A stretch of 64,000 bases of DNA from Gammaproteobacteria bacterium (lineage in GTDB: Bacteria > Cyanobacteriota > Vampirovibrionia > Vampirovibrionales > JAJTHC01), in NCBI GenBank assembly GCA_040375445.1, contig JBEISK010000001.1, positions 49,144 through 113,143 of the forward strand, written 5' to 3'. The notes beneath the pieces are model-generated. The model made no database searches. It saw only the letters and a list, made by a program, of their open reading frames with translations, and had not been told where the DNA came from. Below, one piece after another: positions 31,331 through 41,001 of the stretch; the stretch's first letter is position 1; each line of letters opens with the position of its first letter. Position numbers and translations under genes: made by a program.

Positions 31331-32018
31331 GACGGTGCTTTATATTGCCTCTTACTAATCCTAATTCGCCACGCTCAAGCATTTCTTCGACATTGTATCC
31401 ATCTTTTTGGATGCCCCAATGTAAGAAGTCCGCCTCAGTAGCTCCTTCTAACGGCACTAAACAATCGTCCTCATCCAAACGCACACGGGCAATATGCTGT
31501 GCGGTACGCTTGCGACGTTCAGCTAAAGTTTCTTTACGCATTTTCTTTTGCAGTTGGATCAACGCATCCAATAAGGCTTCAGGACGTGGTGGACAACCTG
31601 GAACATATACATCAACAGGAATCACACGATCCACGCCACGCACGACTGAATAGGAGTCGTTTTCATACATCCCGCCTGTGACCGTGCAGGCCCCCATAGC
31701 GATGACATATTTAGGTTCAGCCATTTGCTCATATAAACGCAATAAAGCAGGTGCCATTTTATACGTAATGGTGCCTGCGGTAATCATTAAATCGGATTGT
31801 CTTGGGGTGGCACGAAAGGCTTCTGAACCAAAGCGAGCAATGTCAAATTTTGGAGCAGATGCCGACATCATCTCGATCCCACAACAGGAGGTTGCAAAGG
31901 TCATCGGCCAAACCGAATTGCTTCTTGCCCAGTTGTAGACGGCATCGACCGTTGTGACGATAATTCCGCTACTTTCTAGCATATCTTGCCACGCATCAGA
32001 AACGAGGTTTACTGCCAT
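31314..32018 (-). CDS. nuoB: NADH-quinone oxidoreductase subunit B (with about 60-aa C-terminal extension)
   Basis: [15 protein letters not shown] and [10 protein letters not shown]...[11 protein letters not shown]. Start at ATG 32018, preceded by AGGAG. The longer ORF to 32129 overlaps nuoA. Confidence 0.85.
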   Translation of the reverse strand: MAVNLVSDAWQDMLESSGIIVTTVDAVYNWARSNSVWPMTFATSCCGIEMMSASAPKFDIARFGSEAFRATPRQSDLMITAGTITYKMAPALLRLYEQMAEPKYVIAMGACTVTGGMYENDSYSVVRGVDRVIPVDVYVPGCPPRPEALLDALIQLQKKMRKETLAERRKRTAQHIARVRLDEDDCLVPLEGATEADFLHWGIQKDGYNVEEMLERGELGLVRGNIKHRHERRK

Positions 32019-32368
32019 CTTAAGGCTCCTTTTCGCCACGCATACACAATACCGAGTGCCAAAATGCCGACGAAAACCAGCATTTCCACCAACGCAAAGA
32101 CGCCCACTTTCTCGTACGCCACAGCCCAAGGAAACAAGAAAATCGTTTCAATATCAAATAAGATAAAGAGCAAGGCATAGAGATAAAACTTCACATCAAA
32201 GCGAATACGTGCTTCGCCATAAGGCTTCATGCCTGATTCATAGGTTTCATGCTTGTAAGCGGTGGGGTGCTTAATTTGAACCAACTGCGAAATAGCAAAA
32301 AGCAAAAAAGGAAACAATCCGCAAAAGAGCAGAAGGACGAAAAATACGGGGTATCCAGTTAAGTGCAT
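32009..32368 (-). CDS. nuoA: NADH-quinone oxidoreductase subunit A
   Basis: 119-aa three-TM protein (...[15 protein letters not shown]...). First gene of the operon. Confidence 0.85.
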   Translation of the reverse strand: MHLTGYPVFFVLLLFCGLFPFLLFAISQLVQIKHPTAYKHETYESGMKPYGEARIRFDVKFYLYALLFILFDIETIFLFPWAVAYEKVGVFALVEMLVFVGILALGIVYAWRKGALRWQ

Positions 32369-32485
32369 TTGGCGTATTCTCTTTTCTCACAATATCTATA
32401 TGACTAATTAAACATTAAATATCAAAAATGGTCAAACATTTCACGCCAATTAGCACAAATATAGCAGCAAATAGGTTTTATATAT

Positions 32486-33138
32486 ATGCTAGGGACAATC
32501 AATAGGCGGATTCAAGCATTTAATTTAGGGTACTATCTTACAATGGGAAACTTTATTACCAGAACTTTTGATCTAACTACAGCAATTATAAAGAAGGGGG
32601 GGGGGCAACTGTTCACTTTTTTAAAGAAGAGTTCCCTCGTCAACTTGCTAACCGTCAACCAGAAGCAATTGCCTTTGCGGGATTGTCTGCTCATCATTGT
32701 TATGAAATAGGGCATGCTGTTCTTGCAAGGAACATGCCTGAAGTGGGTATAGGTGTTGGTAAGCTTATTGCTTCTAAATGGGGGTATATGGCATTTGAGA
32801 ATCGTCAGCCTTTGATAGAGTTTGCTAGAGCAGCCCTAACCTCTACAGGAAGACAAGCAATAGGAGATTTTTCTCAATCTATTGGGAAAGACGTACGTCA
32901 TTTTTATAGTGGTCAAGCTTCCCTCACAAAGACATTTGTTCAAAAAGGGGGAATAGACTGTATGCAGTATGCTCTTGATGTACTTCAGCTTTATATTCAC
33001 CTTTATATGAAATCAGGCATGACTAATAATGTGAATCTGGAAAAACTTTTATCACAGGTTCTACTAGATGAAAAAACTATTGCACGAATTAACAGAATGA
33101 CACCAGAACAAATGAGTAAATTGATAGAAAGGCTATAA
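32486..33138 (+). CDS. hypothetical protein in a low-GC islet; reading frame is split at a G10 homopolymer (frameshifted or phase-variable gene)
   Basis: ATG-initiated ORF 32486-32710 runs through the G10 tract (KKGGGQ). A second frame is open from 32572 to 33138 with no ATG before the tract. A +1 G would fuse them into a roughly 217-aa protein. Codon usage (AGA, ATA) and low GC differ from the flanks. Confidence 0.5.
32596..32605. repeat. homopolymeric G10 tract
   Basis: Ten consecutive G residues inside the coding frame. Confidence 0.95.
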
Positions 33139-33256
33139 AAAATCACCCTGATTCTGTAGATGCTGTGGACAAAAAGGCTATTATTGATATGTTTATAGAC
33201 ATAAAATCAGGTTTTTAAGGGATGTGACTTAATTTTATTACAATAATACTTAGAAG

Positions 33257-35233
33257 ATGAGAGTTACCTTATCTATCCACTTATTGTATTGCTTCGCATT
33301 AGGGACGTTTCTATTTTTAGACGCCCCTGCTTTTGCGGTGAACCTGCAAGGGGTAGACGACTTGCCCTTGACGCAGTTCCCTACCGCTGATGCTCGTTTG
33401 AACGAACTTCTTAAAGAAGGCGATGTGTTTCGATCCGAAAGCCTTTTAAATGCCATTATTGAACGTGAGCCGACGAATTGGCGAGCCTTGGTCAATTTGG
33501 CATATTTACAGCAAAAGCAATGGCAATACCCTACGGCGAAAGTCTTGTTGATGCGTGCCAAAAGTATTGTGCCACAAGAGCCAACCGTAATAGGTGAGCT
33601 AGGGTATCTCTATTTGAAATGGGCAAGCCAAACCGACCTAAAACCTGCCCCCCCAGCCGATGCCTTAAGCCAAGCCGAACGCCTTTTAAAACAAGCCTTA
33701 ATGATGCACCCGAATGATGCGATGACCCCACTCTATTATGCGGAATTGTGCTTGTTTAAGGACAAAAACTCGCCTGAAGCCAAGACCTACGTCAAACAAG
33801 CTTTAGCGATGCACCCAACGCATCAACCTGCTTTGTTACTGGCGTCTCACCTCTATCAAGAAATGGGCTTACGATCTCAAGCCAAGCAAGCCTTACTTAT
33901 GGCGTATGACTTGGGCAGTAAAAATCCTGCGGTACTAGATGCCATGTCTCGTACGCTGGCGAAATTGGAACGCCCTGAAGATGCCATTCATTATGCCAAT
34001 GAAGCGACCTTGTATGATGTCGCCGAATCGCCTGAACGCCTGCGTTTAAAAGCAGAGCAGTATGAAAAATTGGCGGACCCGCAAAAGGCATTAAAGATAT
34101 ATCAAGCCCTTGTCCCCTATTTCCCTAAATCTCCTGAATTAAGTCTGAAGAAAGCTAGCTTGACGGAACAAGTTTCGGGAACGGAGAAGGCGACCCCTGC
34201 CTTTCAAGAAGCGATGCGTTTGAATCCCGATTTAGTGCCAAATTACAAAGCAGAAGCGAAAGCCTTGATCATCAAAGAATCGTTGGATGCGGCTAAAGCC
34301 CCCTTGCAATCAGTCTTACGGCTCACGCCTGAAGACCCTCATTTGCTTAGCTGGTTGAGCATTCTTTACTACCGCAAGTTGTTGCTTGGGCAATCGGTGG
34401 ATAAAGACGAATTAGCTTCGGTGCAACGCCTGCTAAAACGCTCGCAAGGCACGACGCTAAAAATGAGCTTACCCCAAGGCACGAACGCCCTAAGCGTCCA
34501 GCCTTTGCCTGAACAGCGGACGTTGGAAGCCTTACGTTTAAAGCTAGTCGCTCAAGACGGCGTCTTAGAAGCAGAAGATCTCAAGCAATTAAGCCATCTC
34601 AAAATTTTTGGAGCCACCCCTGTGATTCGTGCAGAATCGGCGTTTTTATATGGGGATATACCCACGGCATTCGCCGAACTTAAGCGATTGCCCCCGCCTG
34701 CTAATGCGGAAGACGCCCTTGATTTAGCTCATCAATGGCGGTTGATGCAATTTATCCCGGGAGCCTTAAAAGCCTTTCAATGGGCGTATACGGCAAACCC
34801 TACCGATGAAACGCGTCGGCGGATTGTGGAACTTGAACAAGTGGACGTCCGCATTGAAGAGCGTCTCCATACCTTGCAAGCCGCGTTGCCTCAAGGGGTG
34901 AAAAACATCAAAAAAATCAAGCAAGCGGCAATGCAAAAGCAATTGAATCAGCTCAAAGAAGAAGCCAATACGGCGTTGCAGTTGAATCCCAGTCATCCTT
35001 TAGCGTGGGAGCTTTTGGCGGATGTTGCTGAGCGTGAAGGGCAGTGGGGGCGTGCCGTTTTATTATGGCAAGAAGCCAAAATGCGAGATAGCGAAGGGAA
35101 GGATCAGGCGAGAGTCCACCAACGCCTCGTTAATGCGAAGTATCAGGCGTCAAAAGCGGGCATCGTACCGTTGTCGTCGCTGATGCAAGGAAATCGTCAA
35201 GCTGTGCCTGCGAGTGTGGGCTATAGCTTTTAA
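33257..35233 (+). CDS. secreted tetratricopeptide-repeat (TPR) protein
   Basis: N-terminal signal peptide (LLYCFALGTFLFLDAPAFA). Multiple TPR-like 34-aa repeats (LAYLQQKQWQY..., ALAMHPTHQPALLLASHLY...). Confidence 0.8.
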   Translation: MRVTLSIHLLYCFALGTFLFLDAPAFAVNLQGVDDLPLTQFPTADARLNELLKEGDVFRSESLLNAIIEREPTNWRALVNLAYLQQKQWQYPTAKVLLMRAKSIVPQEPTVIGELGYLYLKWASQTDLKPAPPADALSQAERLLKQALMMHPNDAMTPLYYAELCLFKDKNSPEAKTYVKQALAMHPTHQPALLLASHLYQEMGLRSQAKQALLMAYDLGSKNPAVLDAMSRTLAKLERPEDAIHYANEATLYDVAESPERLRLKAEQYEKLADPQKALKIYQALVPYFPKSPELSLKKASLTEQVSGTEKATPAFQEAMRLNPDLVPNYKAEAKALIIKESLDAAKAPLQSVLRLTPEDPHLLSWLSILYYRKLLLGQSVDKDELASVQRLLKRSQGTTLKMSLPQGTNALSVQPLPEQRTLEALRLKLVAQDGVLEAEDLKQLSHLKIFGATPVIRAESAFLYGDIPTAFAELKRLPPPANAEDALDLAHQWRLMQFIPGALKAFQWAYTANPTDETRRRIVELEQVDVRIEERLHTLQAALPQGVKNIKKIKQAAMQKQLNQLKEEANTALQLNPSHPLAWELLADVAEREGQWGRAVLLWQEAKMRDSEGKDQARVHQRLVNAKYQASKAGIVPLSSLMQGNRQAVPASVGYSF

Positions 35234-35261
35234 ATCTTTAGAGGGCTGTGCGAAAATGGAT

Positions 35262-35360
35262 TTACCCCCTCTCCCTTTGGGAGAGGGTTGGGGTGAGGGC
35301 TTCAGGATCGCCAGCTATAGCTGGTGTTTCCCTCATCCTAGCCTTCTCCCAAAGGGAGAA
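35262..35360. repeat. GGAGG-rich palindromic hairpin cluster
   Basis: CTCTCCCTTTGGGAGAGGG and CTTCTCCCAAAGGGAGAAG perfect palindromes. Confidence 0.5.
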
Positions 35361-35380
35361 GGAACAAAACAAAAGCCAAT

Positions 35381-35417
35381 AAAAAAGCCCTCTTCCTTGT
35401 GAGAAGAAGGCTTTTTG
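35381..35417. terminator. bidirectional rho-independent terminator between convergent TPR and flagellin genes
   Basis: AAAAAA-GCCCTCTTC-cttgtga-GAAGAAGGC-TTTTT. Confidence 0.6.
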
Positions 35418-35434
35418 GATGAACAAGGTGTTTG

Positions 35435-36289
35435 TTATCTAAGTAACTGTATCGCCAAGTTCGGAGCCTGATTGGCTTGACCAAGAACGGTTGCCGCTGC
35501 CTGTTGAAGAATCTGATTCTTAGTCATTTCAGCGGATTCCTTCGCCACATCCACGTTGCGGATGCGTGATTCACTGGCACTGAAGTTCTCGATCGAAATC
35601 GCTAAGTTCGTGCTAGCGGAAGTCAAACGATTACTCAAAGCACCAATAGACGCTCTTCGGTTACCGACACGCTGAAGGGCAATGTCAATCTTTGAAATCG
35701 CTTTCAAAGAAGAGGCGTTAGTGGTCACGCCGAACGCGACAACCGTACCTGAACCAATCCCTAAGCTGGTTTTGCTCAAAGTTCCTAAAGCCGATTGAGC
35801 TGAACCAATGTCTAAGATGTTGGTCCCTGAAGCGGATTCCGCTCCGACCTGAATTTTGAAAGTGGCGACAGAAGAAAAGAGCTTCTTCCCGTTAAATTCA
35901 GTGGCTTTGGCGATACGATCAACATCATTGGTCAGCTGTAACAATTCCTTGTTAATCGCTGAACGCTGATCGACACCGAGCGTATCGTTGGCCCCTTGTA
36001 CAGCAAGTTCACGCATACGTTGCAGGTTATCTGTAATCGTACTGAGTGACCCGTCTGCCGTGTTAAGAACGTTAATACCGTCTTGCACGTTATCATTGGC
36101 TTTTTGACTGCCTCTGATTTGAGATCGTAACGTTTCAGAAATCTGCAAACCCGCCGCATCATCGGACGCTTTGTTGATTCTGAATCCAGATGACAACTTC
36201 TCAAGTGATTTGCCTAGGTCCATGGTGTTTTTACCCAACAGACGTTGTGCATTGAGAGATTGCACATTGGTATTGATTTGAATACCCAT
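35435..36289 (-). CDS. flagellin, short form (D0/D1 only, 284 aa), paralog 1
   Basis: N-terminus INTNVQSLNAQRLL...LSSGFRINKASDDAAGLQIS and C-terminus ...MTKNQILQQAAATVLGQANQAPNLAIQLLR are canonical flagellin termini. Confidence 0.9.
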   Translation of the reverse strand: MGIQINTNVQSLNAQRLLGKNTMDLGKSLEKLSSGFRINKASDDAAGLQISETLRSQIRGSQKANDNVQDGINVLNTADGSLSTITDNLQRMRELAVQGANDTLGVDQRSAINKELLQLTNDVDRIAKATEFNGKKLFSSVATFKIQVGAESASGTNILDIGSAQSALGTLSKTSLGIGSGTVVAFGVTTNASSLKAISKIDIALQRVGNRRASIGALSNRLTSASTNLAISIENFSASESRIRNVDVAKESAEMTKNQILQQAAATVLGQANQAPNLAIQLLR

Positions 36290-36419
36290 AGTAAATGAAT
36301 CCTTTAATGTTTATTGCTAAAATAGAGTAAAGTAGAGTTGAAAGAGTTTCAACCGAATAAAGTAATGTCCGCCTCCTTTCGTAATGTTTTATGGTTCTAC
36401 ATGAAGTGTTAGAAGGTGA

Positions 36420-36449
36420 AGGGCTTAGTAAGGATAAACCAAGCCCCTT
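36420..36449 (-). terminator. hairpin between the two flagellin genes (AGGGCTT...AAGCCCT)
   Basis: 7-bp stem, 18 nt downstream of the stop of flagellin paralog 2. No strong T-run. Confidence 0.35.
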
Positions 36450-36467
36450 GCCTATAAGTTCAAAGGC

Positions 36468-37322
36468 TTAACCAAGTAACTTCAAGGCAAGCTGAGGGGA
36501 TTGGTTGGCTTGAGACAAGACCGTCGCCGCCGCTTGTTGAAGAATCTGATTTTTGGTCATGTTGGCAGATTCTTTCGCCACATCCACGTTACGGATGCGT
36601 GATTCACTGGCACTGTAGTTCTCGATCGAAATCGCTAAGTTCTGGCTAGCGGAACCCAAACGATTGGTCAACGCACCAATAGAGGCTCTTCGGTTACCAA
36701 CGCGCTGAAGGGCGATATCGATCTTTGAAATCGCTTTCAAAGAAGAAGCGTTGGTCGTTACGCCAAAAGCAACCACTGTACCAGAACCGATACCCAAGCT
36801 AGTTTTACTTAAAGTGCCTAAGGCTGAGCTAGCTGAACCAATGTCTAAGACGTTGGTACCTGAAGCGGATTCCGCTCCGACCTGAATTTTGAAAGTAGCG
36901 ACAGAAGAAAAGAGCTTCTTCCCATTAAATTCAGTCGATTTAGCAATACGATCAATATCGTTCGTTAGCTGTAACAATTCCTTGTTAATCGCTGAACGTT
37001 GATCGACACCTAGCGTATCGTTTGCACCTTGTACGGCGAGTTCACGCATACGTTGAAGGTTGTCTGTAATCGTGCTAAGTGAGCCGTCTGCGGTATTCAA
37101 AACGTTAATGCCGTCTTGAACGTTATCGTTGGCTTTTTCACTACCACGAATCTGAGATCTTAGGACTTCAGAAATCTGTAAACCAGCGGCATCATCCGAA
37201 GATTTGTTGATTCTGAATCCAGACGCTAACTGCTCTAAAGATTTGTTTAAGCCCATGGTGTTTTGGGTTAACAAACGTTGTGCATTAAGAGATTGCACGT
37301 TGGTATTAACATTAATAGGCAT
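36468..37322 (-). CDS. flagellin, short form (284 aa), paralog 2
   Basis: About 90% identical to paralog 1 at protein and DNA level. Own Shine-Dalgarno (AAGGAG). Confidence 0.9.
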   Translation of the reverse strand: MPINVNTNVQSLNAQRLLTQNTMGLNKSLEQLASGFRINKSSDDAAGLQISEVLRSQIRGSEKANDNVQDGINVLNTADGSLSTITDNLQRMRELAVQGANDTLGVDQRSAINKELLQLTNDIDRIAKSTEFNGKKLFSSVATFKIQVGAESASGTNVLDIGSASSALGTLSKTSLGIGSGTVVAFGVTTNASSLKAISKIDIALQRVGNRRASIGALTNRLGSASQNLAISIENYSASESRIRNVDVAKESANMTKNQILQQAAATVLSQANQSPQLALKLLG

Positions 37323-37772
37323 AATAAAATGCTCCTTATCTTCCGTGATTAGGATGCTATTTCGTATCCGTTCTGCCTAAGCCTTTAACGAATCGCCTGT
37401 GGTGTTTGGCACAGGCTTTTTAAGTACAAAAGAGCGTCCTGTAGACCTAAATGCAAGCATTTAAACTATGTTAAACGTCTGGTGACTTAAAAATGATTGG
37501 TGAAAGAGAGATAGTCAGAAGAGGATAAGTCCTGCATCCGTGTGTATTGCATCCGTGCAACAATTTTGTTAATCCCAGTTGTGAACAAAAAATTGTTTTC
37601 GCTAGGCAACCTTGTTACGCTGAATGTATCGACACCGTGTTTTCAAAGTTTGAGCAGTTCCTTCATTTGGAGGAGGCTTCTTCTTAAAGCAGGACGGCAT
37701 GGACTTTTCGCCTCTAGCCAAAACCAAACTTTTCACCTAAACTAAAGGAGTGCTTTTTCAAAGGAAATCCCT

Positions 37773-39572
37773 ATGCCGTCACTACCCATTTCTCCCTTCT
37801 TTATACCCCCAGCGGATGCCTTGCTTTATGTGCTAGCGTTTGTTTTGGGCATTAGAAGCACATGGATTTTATTTTCGGCTGAACAGGGACGCCGCCATGA
37901 CTTAACGTATCGCCCACCAGTCAAAGGGCAAGATTTTGACGTCAACATTGTGGTTCCCCTCATGCACGCCGATGATGATATGGCCTTACAAGATTTTTTA
38001 GCCTGCACGGCCGCACAGACGTATGAAAACGCCCGCATCCTTATTTTGGCTCATCCAGACGCCCAATGGATGCAAGAATCTCTAGAATTACCTGAAACGT
38101 GTCAGTGGATCAATGTACCGAGTACCTTTGCTCAAAACCAACAAAGCGTCTTAAGGTGGGGATTAAACCGCGTTTTAGCGATGCACCCTCCCCATCTATT
38201 TGTCTTGCTGGATGTTTATGATCTGATTAAACCTGATTTTCTAAGCCATGCCGTTTCGATTGCTTATCAACATGACGTGTATCAAGGCTATATGGCTCAT
38301 CGAGATTTTGGCGAAGGGGTTTTAAGTCGTAGCTTAGGTTTGTTGACTCGACTAAGGTCTCGCATTGAAAGCGTCGGTCGTTTTCATGGCGGCTTGGGCT
38401 TATTGTTTCGCCATAGCGGACTTGCCTTCAAGCCCAGTTTACTTGAGCGCTTCCCACTTGAACACCATCCTAGTCTGGGCTACGCCCCTTGGAGCATCAC
38501 GCTCAATCAAGCCAGTGCCCGTTTGCCCAGTATCAAAGTACATTGGGTACCTAGTATGATTGTGTATCAAAGGCATTACCCTGACGTATTTGCCCATGTC
38601 TCGCATGAAATAGAAGCCACCATCACTGTAGTGGCAGGGCTTATCAATCGTTTTATAAGACTCGCTCGCCCTCGTGAACTCGAGCAACGCTTGGCGATGC
38701 TGCCCACTAATTTAATTTTAAACACGATTTTGCTAGCCAGCATGGCAATTTTTGTACAACAAGGGTTATTCCCTGAAAAAGTAGGCACCCCTTTGGCATG
38801 GTCACTCTTAGCAGGCGGGCAAATGCTCTTATGGGGCATCACCTTAAGTGTCGCTCGCATTAAACCTGCAGACTGGTTGAGCTCGACCTTAATTGTCATG
38901 TCTGCCACCTTGCTGGAAATACTGGCTTTCCCTGTAGCCCTTGTGGGCTGGATCGTTCAAAAACTTAGTCGTCTGAATCAACCTCGTTCAAGTCACTATC
39001 AAGAGGCTCGTTCATTTTCAAAGCTCACTCCCCTGAAAGAATCCTTAGATGCTCATCGTGTTCAACCCAGGCTTGCTAGTGGAGTCTTGCCTGTAACACC
39101 ACAAACCAGCATATCTGCCCCTCAAACCTTAAACACACAAACACCGTTTGTCTTAACACTCGGCTCTCAAGAAATTGTTGCCGATATTAAGGTGGATATT
39201 AAACCCTGTTCCGAAGGCTTACTCTATGCCTTAACGTTGACGTATAAACAACAACGTTTTCAAACCCAACACACCCCAAAACTGGAAGACGCCTTTATTG
39301 AGTTAAGTCAAACCTTGTCTCACTATCAAATCCAACCCAAGACGTGTGGGAACTGTGCCTATTGGTTTGTAAATCAAGCCACCCGTCCTCTTGTGGAAGG
39401 ATTACCCAAGCAAGGAACTTGCCTAAAAAACAAGCAGGGTAAAGTCTTAAGTATGGATGATGTCGCCTTAAACGTGCTTTCTGTCCCATGTGAAGCACAC
39501 ACCGAACGCCATCAACATGAAGCGGTTGTGCAGGCGTGGAAAGAGAGCCTTGAAAACCTTGCGAAAATGTAA
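37773..39572 (+). CDS. membrane protein with N-terminal TM anchor, GT2-like (GT-A) domain, a central multi-TM region and a C-terminal Cys-containing domain
   Basis: VNIVVPLMHADDD...TYENARILIL and LLDVYD (DXD-like) resemble family-2 glycosyltransferases. Hydrophobic stretches around aa 300-390. C-terminal CGNCAYW...C...C. Confidence 0.45.
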   Translation: MPSLPISPFFIPPADALLYVLAFVLGIRSTWILFSAEQGRRHDLTYRPPVKGQDFDVNIVVPLMHADDDMALQDFLACTAAQTYENARILILAHPDAQWMQESLELPETCQWINVPSTFAQNQQSVLRWGLNRVLAMHPPHLFVLLDVYDLIKPDFLSHAVSIAYQHDVYQGYMAHRDFGEGVLSRSLGLLTRLRSRIESVGRFHGGLGLLFRHSGLAFKPSLLERFPLEHHPSLGYAPWSITLNQASARLPSIKVHWVPSMIVYQRHYPDVFAHVSHEIEATITVVAGLINRFIRLARPRELEQRLAMLPTNLILNTILLASMAIFVQQGLFPEKVGTPLAWSLLAGGQMLLWGITLSVARIKPADWLSSTLIVMSATLLEILAFPVALVGWIVQKLSRLNQPRSSHYQEARSFSKLTPLKESLDAHRVQPRLASGVLPVTPQTSISAPQTLNTQTPFVLTLGSQEIVADIKVDIKPCSEGLLYALTLTYKQQRFQTQHTPKLEDAFIELSQTLSHYQIQPKTCGNCAYWFVNQATRPLVEGLPKQGTCLKNKQGKVLSMDDVALNVLSVPCEAHTERHQHEAVVQAWKESLENLAKM

Positions 39573-39706
39573 TAAGACCCTTACAAATATCGTAAAATCC
39601 CCTCTGTGCTGACTAAACACTTGACTATTTACTTTTTTTGACATGATAGGTTGGGGTTTCTTATTAAGAAATCCTTGTGTTACTTTTTATATAAAGGGCT
39701 CTGGTA

Positions 39707-39934
39707 ATGAAATTAAATTTTAGCCGTTCTACTTTCTCCCCTTCAGCTGCGAAAACCGATGCTCAACGTGCTGGCCAAGCACAACAAATGAAAAATACTA
39801 AATTGGCCGCTATGAAAGCCAACAAAAACCATGACACGTTGTACGTCAACGGCCGTGAAGTTAATACTACTGCTGTGATGAAAGCCAACACTGCAGCCGC
39901 AATGGCTAAAGCGACTTATACCGCTTCCGTTTAG
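39707..39934 (+). CDS. hypothetical small Lys/Ala/Thr-rich protein
   Basis: 75 aa, low complexity (AAMKANKN..., MKANTAAAMAKATYTASV). Intergenic position with its own start. Confidence 0.35.
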   Translation: MKLNFSRSTFSPSAAKTDAQRAGQAQQMKNTKLAAMKANKNHDTLYVNGREVNTTAVMKANTAAAMAKATYTASV

Positions 39935-39970
39935 TTTTCTAGACGTAACGTTTTCTATAAACGAGGGATG

Positions 39971-40435
39971 CTACGGCGTCCCTCGTTTGCTTTTGAAGTA
40001 AGCTTGTAAGCCGTCTTTCGCCTCTTCTTCGAGGATGCCCCCAATCACTTTCAATGCTCCTCCTTCGTTTTGCAAGACTTTTGAAGGCGATTCGCCTTCT
40101 GTGGGATCATACGCCCCAAAAATCACCTGCCCAATACGGGCTTGCTTTAACGCATTCGCACACATCGCACAAGGTTCAAGCGTCACAATCAAAGTGAATT
40201 CATTCAAACGCCAATCGCCTTGGCGTTGAGTGACTTCCAGCATGGCGTTTAGTTCAGCATGCCCTAAGGGATTATTATCCTTCTCTCGTGTATTAACACC
40301 TTCAGCGATACACTTACCTTCAGCGTCTAAAAAAACGGCTCCCACAGGCACATCATGAGGCAGGGCGTTTTGAGCAAGCGTTAAGGCATAACGCATCCAG
40401 TCTTGCATTTCGGCGTGATTTAACGTATACACCAT
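39971..40435 (-). CDS. tadA: tRNA-specific adenosine deaminase
   Basis: HAELNAM and LEPCAMCANAL zinc-binding deaminase motifs. 154 aa. Confidence 0.85.
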   Translation of the reverse strand: MVYTLNHAEMQDWMRYALTLAQNALPHDVPVGAVFLDAEGKCIAEGVNTREKDNNPLGHAELNAMLEVTQRQGDWRLNEFTLIVTLEPCAMCANALKQARIGQVIFGAYDPTEGESPSKVLQNEGGALKVIGGILEEEAKDGLQAYFKSKRGTP

Positions 40436-40438
40436 AAT

Positions 40439-40879
40439 TTAGGACGTCACCTGGCTATAATCAGGAAATAAGGCAGACGGATCTTCCAATACCTTATCAG
40501 GATCCAAAATTGCCACATCATAACGTTTTGCCCACTGAAACAAAGCGGCTTGCCAGTGCAAGTCCCACGACATTTCAGCTTCAGTCGTATGGCGAGCATT
40601 AAAGGCATCCGTGCCTTTAAGCGTGTCATGGGTGAAACGAGGGTACAAGTGCCAATGTAGATGTTCGACGACTTCGCTAAATTGAAGCCAATAGACTTTG
40701 TCGATATTTTCTTGCGTTTGCAAAAACGCCGTCCATGCTTGGCAGGCACCGAAAAGAGCCAAGGGGACTTCCGCATGTTGGGTCGTTTCACGGCTTGTGG
40801 CGATCTGAACATAGCCTGCTCGTTTGCCAACAATCGCCACAAAGGGACGCTTTTCTTCTGTTCTAAAGGAAGATTTCAT
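40439..40879 (-). CDS. HIT-family (histidine triad) protein
   Basis: HLHWHLYPR matches the HxHxHxx triad. Stop is 3 nt from the tadA start. Confidence 0.6.
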   Translation of the reverse strand: MKSSFRTEEKRPFVAIVGKRAGYVQIATSRETTQHAEVPLALFGACQAWTAFLQTQENIDKVYWLQFSEVVEHLHWHLYPRFTHDTLKGTDAFNARHTTEAEMSWDLHWQAALFQWAKRYDVAILDPDKVLEDPSALFPDYSQVTS

Positions 40880-41001
40880 GGGGGATACCTTGAAATTACT
40901 AAGATGCCTCTATTATATCACAGACGGTATAGCCGTCTTTAAAAGGCGTCATTTTTATGTTAGACTCACCTTATCATAACAACCTTTAGGATGATCGTCC
41001 C

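Noticed and set aside
35214-35402. 62-aa ORF (…LPLGEGWGEGF…)
   Set aside because: Lies over the palindromic hairpin cluster and bidirectional terminator between convergent genes. It is a translation of the repeats.
37323-37772. Sigma-28 (TAAA-N15-GCCGATAA) promoters upstream of the flagellin genes
   Set aside because: Only partial matches (TAAAG...CGGATACG upstream of paralog 2, TAAA...GCGGACAT upstream of paralog 1). Too weak to call without a genome-specific motif model.
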